Of a stretch of DNA of 64,000 bases, positions 50,107 to 58,734 are shown piece after piece. Position 1 is the stretch's first letter. The number at the start of each line of letters is the position of its first letter. A program made the position numbers and the translations under genes. Origin of the DNA: a virus; IMG/VR virus record IMGVR_UViG_3300002026_000020; one strand, written 5' to 3'. The notes beneath the pieces were generated by a model. That model was not told where the DNA came from. It was given only the letters and a program-made list of their open reading frames with translations, and searched no databases.

Positions 50107-51366
50107 ATGAAGTTCAGCAATTTTATTTCCAGACCATTGACAGAAGAGAAGAACGTCGGAGAAACGATGGAGGGTATATTCGCCATCGCTGTAGCTCTTC
50201 ATATGGCTTATGGAAGAATAGACAAGAACCAGCTTCACCAGATTCGCAAGTCTCTGGATTTGAGCAGCGGCAAAGCTTCATACGTTATAGACCCAAACAT
50301 TGCCAACGATAATATCTACGGTGTAGACGCTGATAGCAATGATAAGGTATCTGTAAGGGTTGAGGTATACCTTCGCCCAAACAAGGTTGATGGAATGTTC
50401 GGTCCCAAAATGGTAGCATATCCAGCAGTTGACTCAAAGATAGAGACTCTGGTCAACAAGATCCCAAACCTCAAGATACTGCGCAAGATACATGAGTTCA
50501 TGATTGGTGTTCTTACCAATCACAAGAAAGATGACATTGACTTCACCGTTGTTGCCGATGGTGCTGGTGGAATCTCTTCGGGTGGAACCATCAAGGGTGA
50601 CATCAAGCTAAAGATTTCAGCCAAGTCAAAGACAGACATTCCAAAAGACCTGTCGGAGCCTATCGTATTCTCCTTGAAGACCGATGAGACTACCGTATCC
50701 AACATGGGAATATTCGACGGTATGCTCAAGCTTGGGCAGTTGTTCAACTTGAGTTTCATCGAAGGTCTTGAGAAGCTTGATAAGTTCCCCGACAAGTATT
50801 CAAAGATTCAGGATGTCATTTACCAACACCCCGACAAGATGGATGACGAAAACCACTTCTTATCGTATGTCAGAAAGTATTTGACCATACAGGATAAGCA
50901 CTACGCCGGTGGTGGAGAGTATGAAAGCGATGCTGACCGTAAGGTAGGTCAGGCTGGTCAGGAGCTAAACCAGTTGAAGGTGACTCTCAACCGCTTCATT
51001 CAAGCCATGTCTGAAGAGATACAGGCTAAAGACTCTGAGGTATTCACAGCCGACCCTCGTGCCCGCGTATTTACCATGAAGTGCTTCGAGTTCCTTCGTA
51101 GTGCCATATTCGGCTCAGATACACCAAGAGTTGTCAGTATTCGTGGAAACGATATCAAAGAGATAGAAGATGCCGATTTCGACCAACTCAAGAACGAATA
51201 TGTTGTAAACCTGAAGACGGAGCCAAACGGAACCATGAAGTTCTACGGCATAAACATAAATAATGAAAGTAAGCTCTTGTTTCAGATAAGACCAAGGTTA
51301 GAATATAATCTCAAGAGCGGCAAGAAGACACAGAAACTCATTGTGGAGGTTGGAGAACTGATATGA
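50107..51366 (+). CDS. Restriction-endonuclease-like (PD-(D/E)xK variant) protein
   Basis: GETMEG helix, KGDI..FSLK; N-terminus MKFSNFISRPLTE. Confidence 0.5.
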   Translation: MKFSNFISRPLTEEKNVGETMEGIFAIAVALHMAYGRIDKNQLHQIRKSLDLSSGKASYVIDPNIANDNIYGVDADSNDKVSVRVEVYLRPNKVDGMFGPKMVAYPAVDSKIETLVNKIPNLKILRKIHEFMIGVLTNHKKDDIDFTVVADGAGGISSGGTIKGDIKLKISAKSKTDIPKDLSEPIVFSLKTDETTVSNMGIFDGMLKLGQLFNLSFIEGLEKLDKFPDKYSKIQDVIYQHPDKMDDENHFLSYVRKYLTIQDKHYAGGGEYESDADRKVGQAGQELNQLKVTLNRFIQAMSEEIQAKDSEVFTADPRARVFTMKCFEFLRSAIFGSDTPRVVSIRGNDIKEIEDADFDQLKNEYVVNLKTEPNGTMKFYGININNESKLLFQIRPRLEYNLKSGKKTQKLIVEVGELI

Positions 51367-52802
51367 ACCAGATAAAGATACTTATGGAGAATGTATTGGG
51401 ACTCAATGAGGGTCGTGGCGTTGCTGCGAGAACCAAGGGTGACACATACATCAACGCCAAGGGGCATGTTCTCTCGTTTGAGAAGGTTATATTTGTTCCA
51501 GATAAGACCGATGGTATGGAAACTGAAGAACTCGTCAAGACCATAAACAACTGGAAGATGTCTAACAGCGACATAGCAACCAAGGACGCGAATGAAGTAA
51601 AAGATTCCACTTGCGCAGTCATCGTGGTATTCAAAGACAAAGAGAAAAATTCTTTCGTAGCCTTTATAAAGTATCTCAAGAGATTCAAGACAAATAGATT
51701 GGCAGCTTGGGCAAATGATGATTTCCGTAAGTTGACTGGCTATGAGTATACCAGTAAGCTCACTAAGAAAGAGAAGTCTGGTATAAAGGCTTCCGACCTT
51801 CTTACCGGCGGGAAAAAAGATGCCAAGGTGGAAGTTCTATCCGCTGATACTCTTATCGAAAAGGTAAAAGCAAATGTTGCCAGTTCGACCATGCTGGCTG
51901 ATGAATCTAAGACTGATATAAACAATCTCATAGATAACTTCATTATGGGGAGTGCCAATTTGGTTCCTCTGGCTAATGAATCCATGGCTTCGGCGTATGA
52001 GGATTACCTCGGAGAAATTCTCGCACCGTATGCTGTTGTAAAAGGAATAAAGGTCACTGGTGACATACAGACATCGGAGAGTAAGCTACTAGCTCCTTTT
52101 GCTCTGAAATACTCGGACATGCTCATACGTTTCAACACCACTGCCACCGAAAAGCTCATAGACTCTACTCTCGTATCACCTGACGGCAACACCAAAGTAG
52201 GAATAAGCTCAAAGGCTGACTCCGATGGTGGAGCGGCTGCGGCTATAACAAACCTATATCACGCTCTTTCAGAAGTTGATGACGCATGGAAGGCAAATAA
52301 TAAGTATGCAGTTGATATAATCAATTCGGTTACAAAGACAAAATCTGTTGAAAATCCAGTCGAATTGGCTCGTATTGCGGAATTACTTCCGGGTGACGAG
52401 TATCAGATATATAAAAAATACATAGCCACTCAGATGAAGTCAAGCACTCCAATTCCAATTCCTGACGTTCCGAGTGCCAGCGTATTTTTACATGCAATCA
52501 AAGTCAAGGATTCTTCAGCATCGTCAGAGTTCTATACTCTTTTGGCTGGTATGGCTAAGTTGTCGGCTGCGGTAATAAACAGGAACGCCAAATACAATAT
52601 AACTGGATCATTCTTAGAACTTCTCAACAAATCCAGCATACTTCAGGTTTACACTAGAGTAAAAACAAGTAAGAAGGGTATGCGATTTGATGGGTTTGAA
52701 GTCAAATACCCACCGCAGTTTAAGGGAAAGATTGAGCTATGGACTTCCACTCGCTTCAAGTCAACCGGTATCAGCGGTAGAGTTGGATTCAAGCTTATAT
52801 AA
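51363..52802 (+). CDS. Restriction-endonuclease-like protein
   Basis: YLGEILAP, LIDS..ISSK catalytic-like spacing. Confidence 0.5.
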   Translation: MNQIKILMENVLGLNEGRGVAARTKGDTYINAKGHVLSFEKVIFVPDKTDGMETEELVKTINNWKMSNSDIATKDANEVKDSTCAVIVVFKDKEKNSFVAFIKYLKRFKTNRLAAWANDDFRKLTGYEYTSKLTKKEKSGIKASDLLTGGKKDAKVEVLSADTLIEKVKANVASSTMLADESKTDINNLIDNFIMGSANLVPLANESMASAYEDYLGEILAPYAVVKGIKVTGDIQTSESKLLAPFALKYSDMLIRFNTTATEKLIDSTLVSPDGNTKVGISSKADSDGGAAAAITNLYHALSEVDDAWKANNKYAVDIINSVTKTKSVENPVELARIAELLPGDEYQIYKKYIATQMKSSTPIPIPDVPSASVFLHAIKVKDSSASSEFYTLLAGMAKLSAAVINRNAKYNITGSFLELLNKSSILQVYTRVKTSKKGMRFDGFEVKYPPQFKGKIELWTSTRFKSTGISGRVGFKLI

Positions 52803-52841
52803 GCCATATTGATTTCCTGGCGAGTATGGTAGAATAGGTGC

Positions 52842-53477
52842 ATGAAGCACCCAGCCAAGTTTACAAAAACATTGATGCCTATATTCACAGAGCTACTGTC
52901 AACTCTTCCAAAGACATCAAAGGTTCTTGACCCGTTTGCAGGAACAGGTAAGATACATGAGCTTCCGTTTGACACATATGGCATAGAGATAGAACCCGAA
53001 TGGGCGGCTATGCATCCAAAGACAATCTGCGGCGATTCAACAAAGATGAAGTTCTCTTCAGGCTTCTTTGATGCTATTTGCACTTCACCAACCTACGGCA
53101 ACCGTATGGCAGACCACCATGAAGCCAAAGACACATCAAAGAGAAATACATACACCCATGTTCTTGGTAGGAAACTCACCGAAAACAATACGGGCGCTAT
53201 GCAGTGGGGCGATGACTACAAGCGTTTACATGAAGATGTTTACGCTGAATGTTTTAGAGTGTTGAAGCCAAACGGTATAATAATCATCAATATGAAAAAC
53301 CATATACGCAGTGGCGTTGAAATTGATGTCAACAAGTGGCATATTGAAAGTCTTGTAAAGCTCGGGTTCGACCTTGAGAAGATGGTCACGGTTCCGCTCA
53401 AGGGCAATGGATTTGGTGCCAACGGAAAAGTGAGAACGGGTGTAGAATACATCAACATGTTTAGGAAGCCAATATGA
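52842..53477 (+). CDS. Amino-DNA methyltransferase (SPPY-like, possibly m4C)
   Basis: LDPFAGTG, TSPTY, RVLKPNG. Confidence 0.8.
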   Translation: MKHPAKFTKTLMPIFTELLSTLPKTSKVLDPFAGTGKIHELPFDTYGIEIEPEWAAMHPKTICGDSTKMKFSSGFFDAICTSPTYGNRMADHHEAKDTSKRNTYTHVLGRKLTENNTGAMQWGDDYKRLHEDVYAECFRVLKPNGIIIINMKNHIRSGVEIDVNKWHIESLVKLGFDLEKMVTVPLKGNGFGANGKVRTGVEYINMFRKPI

Positions 53478-54052
53478 TAAAATCTCTCTCCGACTCTCAA
53501 CTCCAGATAATCAAAGACATTCAGAGTCTCTACACTGGCAACATCCAATGCGATGTCACCTTCTCAAAGGGAGCCTTCTGGAAGGGCTTAGAAGAGCCTA
53601 CAATCAAGTTTGATGTCTGCCCCCACCCAAAGCGTCCAGATGTCCTCCAAGCCGATTGTAGGCACCTTCCTATGCCAGAGAACACCCTTGAGTCGATGAT
53701 GTACGATCCACCTTTCATCGTAGCTCACGGAAAGGGTTCCGTTATAGGGAATCGTTTCTCGTCATATAAAAGTATGAAGGAGCTTTGGAAGTTCTATGAT
53801 GACTCGCTCAAGGAGTTTGGCAGAGTCATCAAGAAGAAGGGCTACCTTATCGTCAAGTGTCAAGATATTGTCTCGGGCGGAAAGAACCACCTGTCGCATG
53901 TTTTTATCTGCAACAAGGCAGCGGAATGCGGCTTTGAGAACATTGATTTGTTCATTCTCACCGCTAAACACCGCATGACAACACATAATACAACCATACA
54001 GAAACACGCAAGAAAATACCACTCATATTTCCTTGTATTCCAGAAAAAGTGA
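53474..54052 (+). CDS. Adenine DNA methyltransferase-like
   Basis: DVTFSKG, YDPPF, EFGRVIKKKG, HARKYHSY. Confidence 0.78.
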   Translation: MIKSLSDSQLQIIKDIQSLYTGNIQCDVTFSKGAFWKGLEEPTIKFDVCPHPKRPDVLQADCRHLPMPENTLESMMYDPPFIVAHGKGSVIGNRFSSYKSMKELWKFYDDSLKEFGRVIKKKGYLIVKCQDIVSGGKNHLSHVFICNKAAECGFENIDLFILTAKHRMTTHNTTIQKHARKYHSYFLVFQKK

Positions 54053-54235
54053 GAACCTATTTATAACAACATATAGCGTATGGCGTAGTATTTATACGCT
54101 ATACATTGTGGTGTTTGACAGATTACCCATTGATAAATACCACTACCAACTAAAATAAGATGATATGAAAAACTCTATGTCAATAAATATGTTACAACAA
54201 TATTTTTCTCGTATAAATACATATAGGAGAATAGT

Positions 54236-54988
54236 ATGAGAAAAATAGAAATAGGCGAAAGATACAATAACTTTACTGTACTAAAACAAGTAGAAAGTAA
54301 GAATAATAGAAAGATGTGGTTATGCAAATGTGTCTGTGGAAATGAACATCCGGTAAGCGGAACCTATTTGATAAATGGGCAAACGAAGTCGTGCGGATGT
54401 GTCAATAAAAATATTGGATCTAATAAAAGTAAGAATATATCGGGAGAGCGGTTTGGTAAGTTGGTGGCTGTCTCGCAAATGGGGGCTAAGTCGTTCGGCA
54501 AAAAAGGAAGACAGATGATGTGGTTGTGTAAGTGTGATTGTGGTGGAGAAAAGGTATGCCCAACATCAAAACTCATCAACGGAACTTATAAAGATTGTGG
54601 ATGTTTTTATAAAAGTTCGGCAAACAATCACCACAATTGGAAGGGGTATGGCGAAATTTCTCTTTCTCTGTGGAACTCTATAAAAAGTGGAGCAAAAAGT
54701 CGCGGCTTTGATTTTAGTATAGATATAGAGTATGTTTGGAATTTATACATAGAGCAGAGTAAAAAATGTGCTTATTCCGGCGTAGATATATACTTCTCAA
54801 ACAATATAAACCATCATAGGGGAAATGCATCCCTTGATAGAATAGATAGTAGTAAAGGATATATAAAAGGAAATGTTCAGTGGATTCATAAAGACATCAA
54901 TAAGATGAAAAATGATTTTACTGAGGATATATTTTTGATGTATTGTAAAAAAATAACAGAGACTAAAATAACAGCAGGAGAACAATAA
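54236..54988 (+). CDS. HNH homing endonuclease upstream of RNR
   Basis: Two WLCKCxCG..SCGC repeats; SLDRIDSSKGYIKGNVQW..NKMK. Confidence 0.82.
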   Translation: MRKIEIGERYNNFTVLKQVESKNNRKMWLCKCVCGNEHPVSGTYLINGQTKSCGCVNKNIGSNKSKNISGERFGKLVAVSQMGAKSFGKKGRQMMWLCKCDCGGEKVCPTSKLINGTYKDCGCFYKSSANNHHNWKGYGEISLSLWNSIKSGAKSRGFDFSIDIEYVWNLYIEQSKKCAYSGVDIYFSNNINHHRGNASLDRIDSSKGYIKGNVQWIHKDINKMKNDFTEDIFLMYCKKITETKITAGEQ

Positions 54989-54989
54989 G

Positions 54990-57236
54990 ATGTCTATACG
55001 CGCCCTCATGGAATACACACGTTACGCTAAATACAGCCGTTTCGTACCGGAACTCAAAAGAAGAGAAACGTGGGACGAACAGGTTGACAGAGTATTCGAG
55101 ATGCATGAAAAGAAGTATGCGGATAAGATTGAATCCATAAGAGAAGATTTTGAGTTTGCAAAGCAGATGGTAAAGCGTAAGCGTGTTCTCGGCTCGCAGA
55201 GAGCCTTGCAGTTTGGTGGTAAGCCAATCCTTGACAAGAATGCGAAGCTCTATAACTGTACCGTAAGTTATGTTGATCGCCCTCGTTTCTTCCAAGAGTG
55301 CATGTATCTACTTCTTTGTGGTTGTGGAACCGGCTTTTCCGTCCAGACGCACCATGTAGCCAAGTTGAGCGACATTGCAACCAGAACCAAGGCTGAGAAG
55401 ACATATGTTGTTCCTGACTCCATTGAGGGCTGGGCTGACGCTATTGGTGTTCTCGTCTCTTCATACTTCACAGGCGAAGTTCCTTTCCCCGACTATCAAG
55501 GGCATAAGGTAAAGTTCGACTTCAGCAAGATTCGTCCAGCAGGCGCTCCCCTTTCATGGGGTGGCAAGGCTCCAGGCGCTAAGGGCTTGACACAATCCAT
55601 TGAGAAGATGGCAAGTGTTTTTGATGTAACCCTTGCAACCGGATCGAAGCGTCTTCGCTCCATCGACGCATACGATCTTATCATGCACGCATCCGATGCG
55701 GTGCTTAGTGGTGGTATTCGCCGCAGCGCAACCATTTGCATATTCTCGGCTAATGACACCGAAATGGTAAATGCTAAGACTGGTGACTGGTTCATCAAGA
55801 ACCCGCAGCGTGGACGCTCCAACAACTCGGCTCTGCTCATTCGTGAGAAGACTTCCCGTGAAGACTTCGAGAAGCTGATGAAGTCGGTGCGTGAATTCGG
55901 TGAGCCTGGATTTATTTGGAGTGACAACGAAGAAGCTCTGTATAATCCATGCGTAGAAATCGGCATGCGTGCCTATGACGAGAAGGGCAACTCTGGCTGG
56001 CAGTTCTGCAACCTCTGTGAAATCAACATGAAGAAGTGCAAGACGGAAGAGGAATTCCTCAATGTCTGCCGTGCAGCCGCTATTCTCGGAACCATGCAGG
56101 CTGGTTACGATAAGTTTGATTATCTTGGTCCAGTCACCGAAGCCATCGTTCGTCGTGAAGCCCTTCTCGGCTGCTCTATGACAGGCATGATGGATTCGCC
56201 AGAAATAGCTTTCGATCCAGCCATTCAGAAGAAGGGCGCAAAGCTTATTCTCAAGGTGAACGAAGAGATAGCCGCCAAGCTCGGTGTCAACAAGTGTGCA
56301 AGAGCTACCTGTGTCAAGCCTGCTGGAAGCACAAGCTGCTTGCTCGGCTCGGCAAGTGGAATCCACCCACACCACGCTCGTCGCTACTTCCGCCGTGTTC
56401 AGGCTAATGTCAATGAAACTCCACTCAAGTATTTCCAGGCTCACAATCCAAGAGCCGTTGAGAAGTCTGTGTGGAGCGCAACTGGAACTGACATGTCAAT
56501 CGTATTCCTATGCGAAGTTCCCGAAGGAGCCAAGCTCAAGAATCAGATGAACGCTGTCGAGCTTCTTGAGCATGTGCGTCTCACCCAGCAGAATTGGGTT
56601 GAGTATGGCACCCGTGATGATGCGGTAGTCGCTTCATGGCTCCGTCACAATGTTTCCAACACCATCACCGTTCGTGATGATGAATGGGATGATGTAACCA
56701 AGTTCATTTACAACAACCGCAAGTGGTTCGCAGGAATCTCCTTGCTGCCTATGTCGGGCGACTTGGATTACCCGCAGGCTCCGTTCTGCTGCGTCTTGGA
56801 GCCAAAAGAAATAATGGCTCAGTATGGCGAGGGGGCTTTGTTTGCTTCGGGGCTTATCGTTGACGGCTTGAAGGCTTTCGATGATAACCTATGGGCAGCG
56901 TGTGACTCGGCTCTCGGCATAGGTGAGAAGCTTGAGTTGACAGACGAGCAAAAGAAGCTAACCAACGGCAAGCTGAAGGCAGTTGTTGACAAGCTCACCA
57001 TCAAGGAAGATTGGGTACGCCGCTTCCAGCAGTTCGCAGATAGATACTGCGGTGGGGATAAGCGTAGATGCTCACACCTTCTCAAGCATGTCACCAACTA
57101 TAAGCTGTGGGTTGACTTGAAGCGTGAGTACCAAGAGGTTGATTGGAGTCTATGCATGGAAGATGACTTCAAGATTGATGTAACTACAATAGCTGGAGCA
57201 GCTTGCAGCGGTCCAAACGGCTGCGAGATGAAGTGA
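54990..57236 (+). CDS. nrdJ: Class II (B12-dependent) ribonucleotide reductase
   Basis: RRETW, NC, GCGTG, IRRSA, NPCVEI, CNLCE, TCVKPAGS, C-terminal CSGPNGC; no beta subunit nearby. Confidence 0.9.
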   Translation: MSIRALMEYTRYAKYSRFVPELKRRETWDEQVDRVFEMHEKKYADKIESIREDFEFAKQMVKRKRVLGSQRALQFGGKPILDKNAKLYNCTVSYVDRPRFFQECMYLLLCGCGTGFSVQTHHVAKLSDIATRTKAEKTYVVPDSIEGWADAIGVLVSSYFTGEVPFPDYQGHKVKFDFSKIRPAGAPLSWGGKAPGAKGLTQSIEKMASVFDVTLATGSKRLRSIDAYDLIMHASDAVLSGGIRRSATICIFSANDTEMVNAKTGDWFIKNPQRGRSNNSALLIREKTSREDFEKLMKSVREFGEPGFIWSDNEEALYNPCVEIGMRAYDEKGNSGWQFCNLCEINMKKCKTEEEFLNVCRAAAILGTMQAGYDKFDYLGPVTEAIVRREALLGCSMTGMMDSPEIAFDPAIQKKGAKLILKVNEEIAAKLGVNKCARATCVKPAGSTSCLLGSASGIHPHHARRYFRRVQANVNETPLKYFQAHNPRAVEKSVWSATGTDMSIVFLCEVPEGAKLKNQMNAVELLEHVRLTQQNWVEYGTRDDAVVASWLRHNVSNTITVRDDEWDDVTKFIYNNRKWFAGISLLPMSGDLDYPQAPFCCVLEPKEIMAQYGEGALFASGLIVDGLKAFDDNLWAACDSALGIGEKLELTDEQKKLTNGKLKAVVDKLTIKEDWVRRFQQFADRYCGGDKRRCSHLLKHVTNYKLWVDLKREYQEVDWSLCMEDDFKIDVTTIAGAACSGPNGCEMK

Positions 57237-57270
57237 GTGATACAGTGGGGTGGGCTACCAACTCACCCCA

Positions 57271-57348
57271 TTGACATTACTAAAAAGCTGTTATACTAAA
57301 CCTCAGAAGAAAGAAAAAGTAAGTGGTCGTGTGAACCGCTTATAAATA
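57271..57348 (+). promoter_or_regulatory. Promoters of the tRNA-array leader (TTGACA-N15-TATACT and late TATAAATA)
   Basis: TTGACA 57271-57276, TATACT 57292-57297, TATAAATA 57341-57348. Confidence 0.65.
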
Positions 57349-57372
57349 CCTATAACAAGGATTCAGATTTCA

Positions 57373-57447
57373 ATGACTACATGCACCTATAATAAGATAG
57401 CAAATAAAGGATGTGCCGAAGGTACAATCCTCGGGGGTGCGGTGTAA
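57373..57447 (+). CDS. Attenuator leader peptide MTTCTYNKIANKGCAEGTILGGAV
   Basis: AAGGA RBS at 57357-57361; 3' end overlaps the antiterminator strand; amino acids match downstream tRNAs. Confidence 0.75.
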   Translation: MTTCTYNKIANKGCAEGTILGGAV

Positions 57448-57474
57448 CAAAGGTTCTCAAACCTAAGATTCACC

Positions 57475-57509
57475 GAAACCCCTGGCTAAAACCAGGGGTT
57501 TCTTCTTTT
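57475..57509 (+). terminator. Intrinsic terminator (attenuator) before the first tRNA
   Basis: GAAACCCCTGG-CTAAAA-CCAGGGGTTTC 11-bp stem followed by TTCTTTT. Confidence 0.85.
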
Positions 57510-57569
57510 ACAACTTTATATAAGTAGTTTGATGTTTCTTCTTTTACAACTTTATATAAGTAGTTTGAT
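57498..57569 (+). repeat. Perfect 36-bp tandem duplication
   Basis: gtttcttcttttacaactttatataagtagtttgat x2. Confidence 0.9.
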
Positions 57570-57572
57570 TAT

Positions 57573-57646
57573 GCCGGTGTCGTATAACGGAAATACGAAA
57601 CATTGCCAATGTTTAGATAGGGTTTCGACTACCCTCACTGGCTCCA
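57573..57646 (+). tRNA. tRNA-Gly(GCC)
   Basis: AAACA-TTGCCAA-TGTTT; encoded CCA, U73. Confidence 0.85.
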
Positions 57647-57649
57647 TAT

Positions 57650-57725
57650 GTTCCTATCGTCTAACGGTTTAGGACAGTAGACCCTCAATCTACTAATAGC
57701 GGTTCGAATCCGCTTAGGAACACCA
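57650..57725 (+). tRNA. tRNA-Glu(CTC)
   Basis: GTAGA-CCCTCAA-TCTAC (C33 atypical); GTTCGAAT; CCA. Confidence 0.85.
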
Positions 57726-57906
57726 AACGGTGACTCACACACCATAAACGCTAAGGCGAAGTGAGGGATTGAAAGATAGAAAATGGGATTATACTTATCC
57801 CTGTCAGCAACGATGAGCGAGCCATAAGACTCCGTGAAAGACACGGCAGGCAGACCTAAGTAGTAGTTGACACGATTGACAACTTTATATAAGTAGCTTG
57901 AATTAT

Positions 57907-57992
57907 GGGTGGTTCGGGTAGCGGCAATCTCAAAGCACTGTAAATGCTTCGCTCAAAAGGCTTCGCTGGTTCGAGTCCAGCACCACCCACCA
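57907..57992 (+). tRNA. tRNA-Tyr(GTA)
   Basis: AAGCA-CTGTAAA-TGCTT, long V-arm, CCA. Confidence 0.9.
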
Positions 57993-58028
57993 ATTATGGT
58001 TCCGTCAGTAATGACATAAAACTCACGA

Positions 58029-58114
58029 ACGAGGATAGGTCGCTCTTATCAGATTCGGGAGGAATCCTTCGACGAGGATAGGTCGCTCTTATCAGATTCG
58101 GGAGGAATCCTTCG
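58029..58114 (+). repeat. Perfect 43-bp tandem duplication inside a CCA-ended RNA-like element
   Basis: acgaggataggtcgctcttatcagattcgggaggaatccttcg x2. Confidence 0.9.
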
Positions 58115-58186
58115 CCTAAAGCGGAGGGGAATCGCCATGCGTAGGTTTGTAGGCACGCTTCCAATAAAGAAAGCAACCTTCACCAT

Positions 58187-58277
58187 GCGTCCGTGCGTTG
58201 AGTGGCTGAAAACCTCCGACTCTTAATCGGAATGAGTTTATCTCACATCGTAGGTTCGAATCCTACCGGACGCACCA
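58187..58277 (+). tRNA. tRNA-Lys(CTT) with long variable arm
   Basis: TCCGA-CTCTTAA-TCGGA; V-arm TGAG-TTTAT-CTCA; CCA. Confidence 0.85.
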
Positions 58278-58314
58278 TCAAAGGTTTTTCAAGTTTACCT
58301 ATAAACTTGTGCAT

Positions 58315-58405
58315 GCATCCGTGCGTTGAGTGGCTGAAAACCCCCGCCTTTTAAGCGGACGAGACTTGTTCTCCATCGTAGGTTCGAATCCTACCGGATG
58401 CACCA
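58315..58405 (+). tRNA. tRNA-Lys(TTT) with long variable arm
   Basis: CCGC-CTTTTAA-GCGG; paralog of the preceding tRNA; CCA. Confidence 0.85.
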
Positions 58406-58641
58406 GACGCAGTTGACGGTACAACAAGAGGAAATAAACCGTATTGGCATTTCACTGGCTTCGGTCTGCCCAGCGGAGTGTCACGCTACCATAGGTAGAA
58501 ACTAATAAAGACCGATAGGTAAGGATGTAGTCAGCATAGACTACTGCGAAAGCGGTTCATCCGATGCCGAAATTTCATGCTGATAAGGTGCTGCAAGCGT
58601 TCGTCCTTTGCGCCAGCATACCCGACAATAAAGGACTTTAT

Positions 58642-58733
58642 GGGAACAGGACAGTAAGGAATCCACGGGGATTCACCGGATTGTAAACCCGGACCCTTCG
58701 GGGCACAAGGTTCGACTCCTTCCGTTCCCACCA
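58642..58733 (+). tRNA. Atypical tRNA-Tyr(GTA)
   Basis: TTGTAAA loop, V-arm CCC-TTCG-GGG, extra nt between acceptor and D-stem. Confidence 0.65.
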
Positions 58734-58734
58734 A

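Noticed and set aside
54236-57236. Intron or intein in RNR (or in DNA polymerase)
   Set aside because: nrdJ and gp43 are contiguous ORFs of normal length; the HNH gene is free-standing upstream.
57498-58114. CRISPR array (36-bp and 43-bp repeats)
   Set aside because: Only two abutting copies each, with no spacers and no cas genes.
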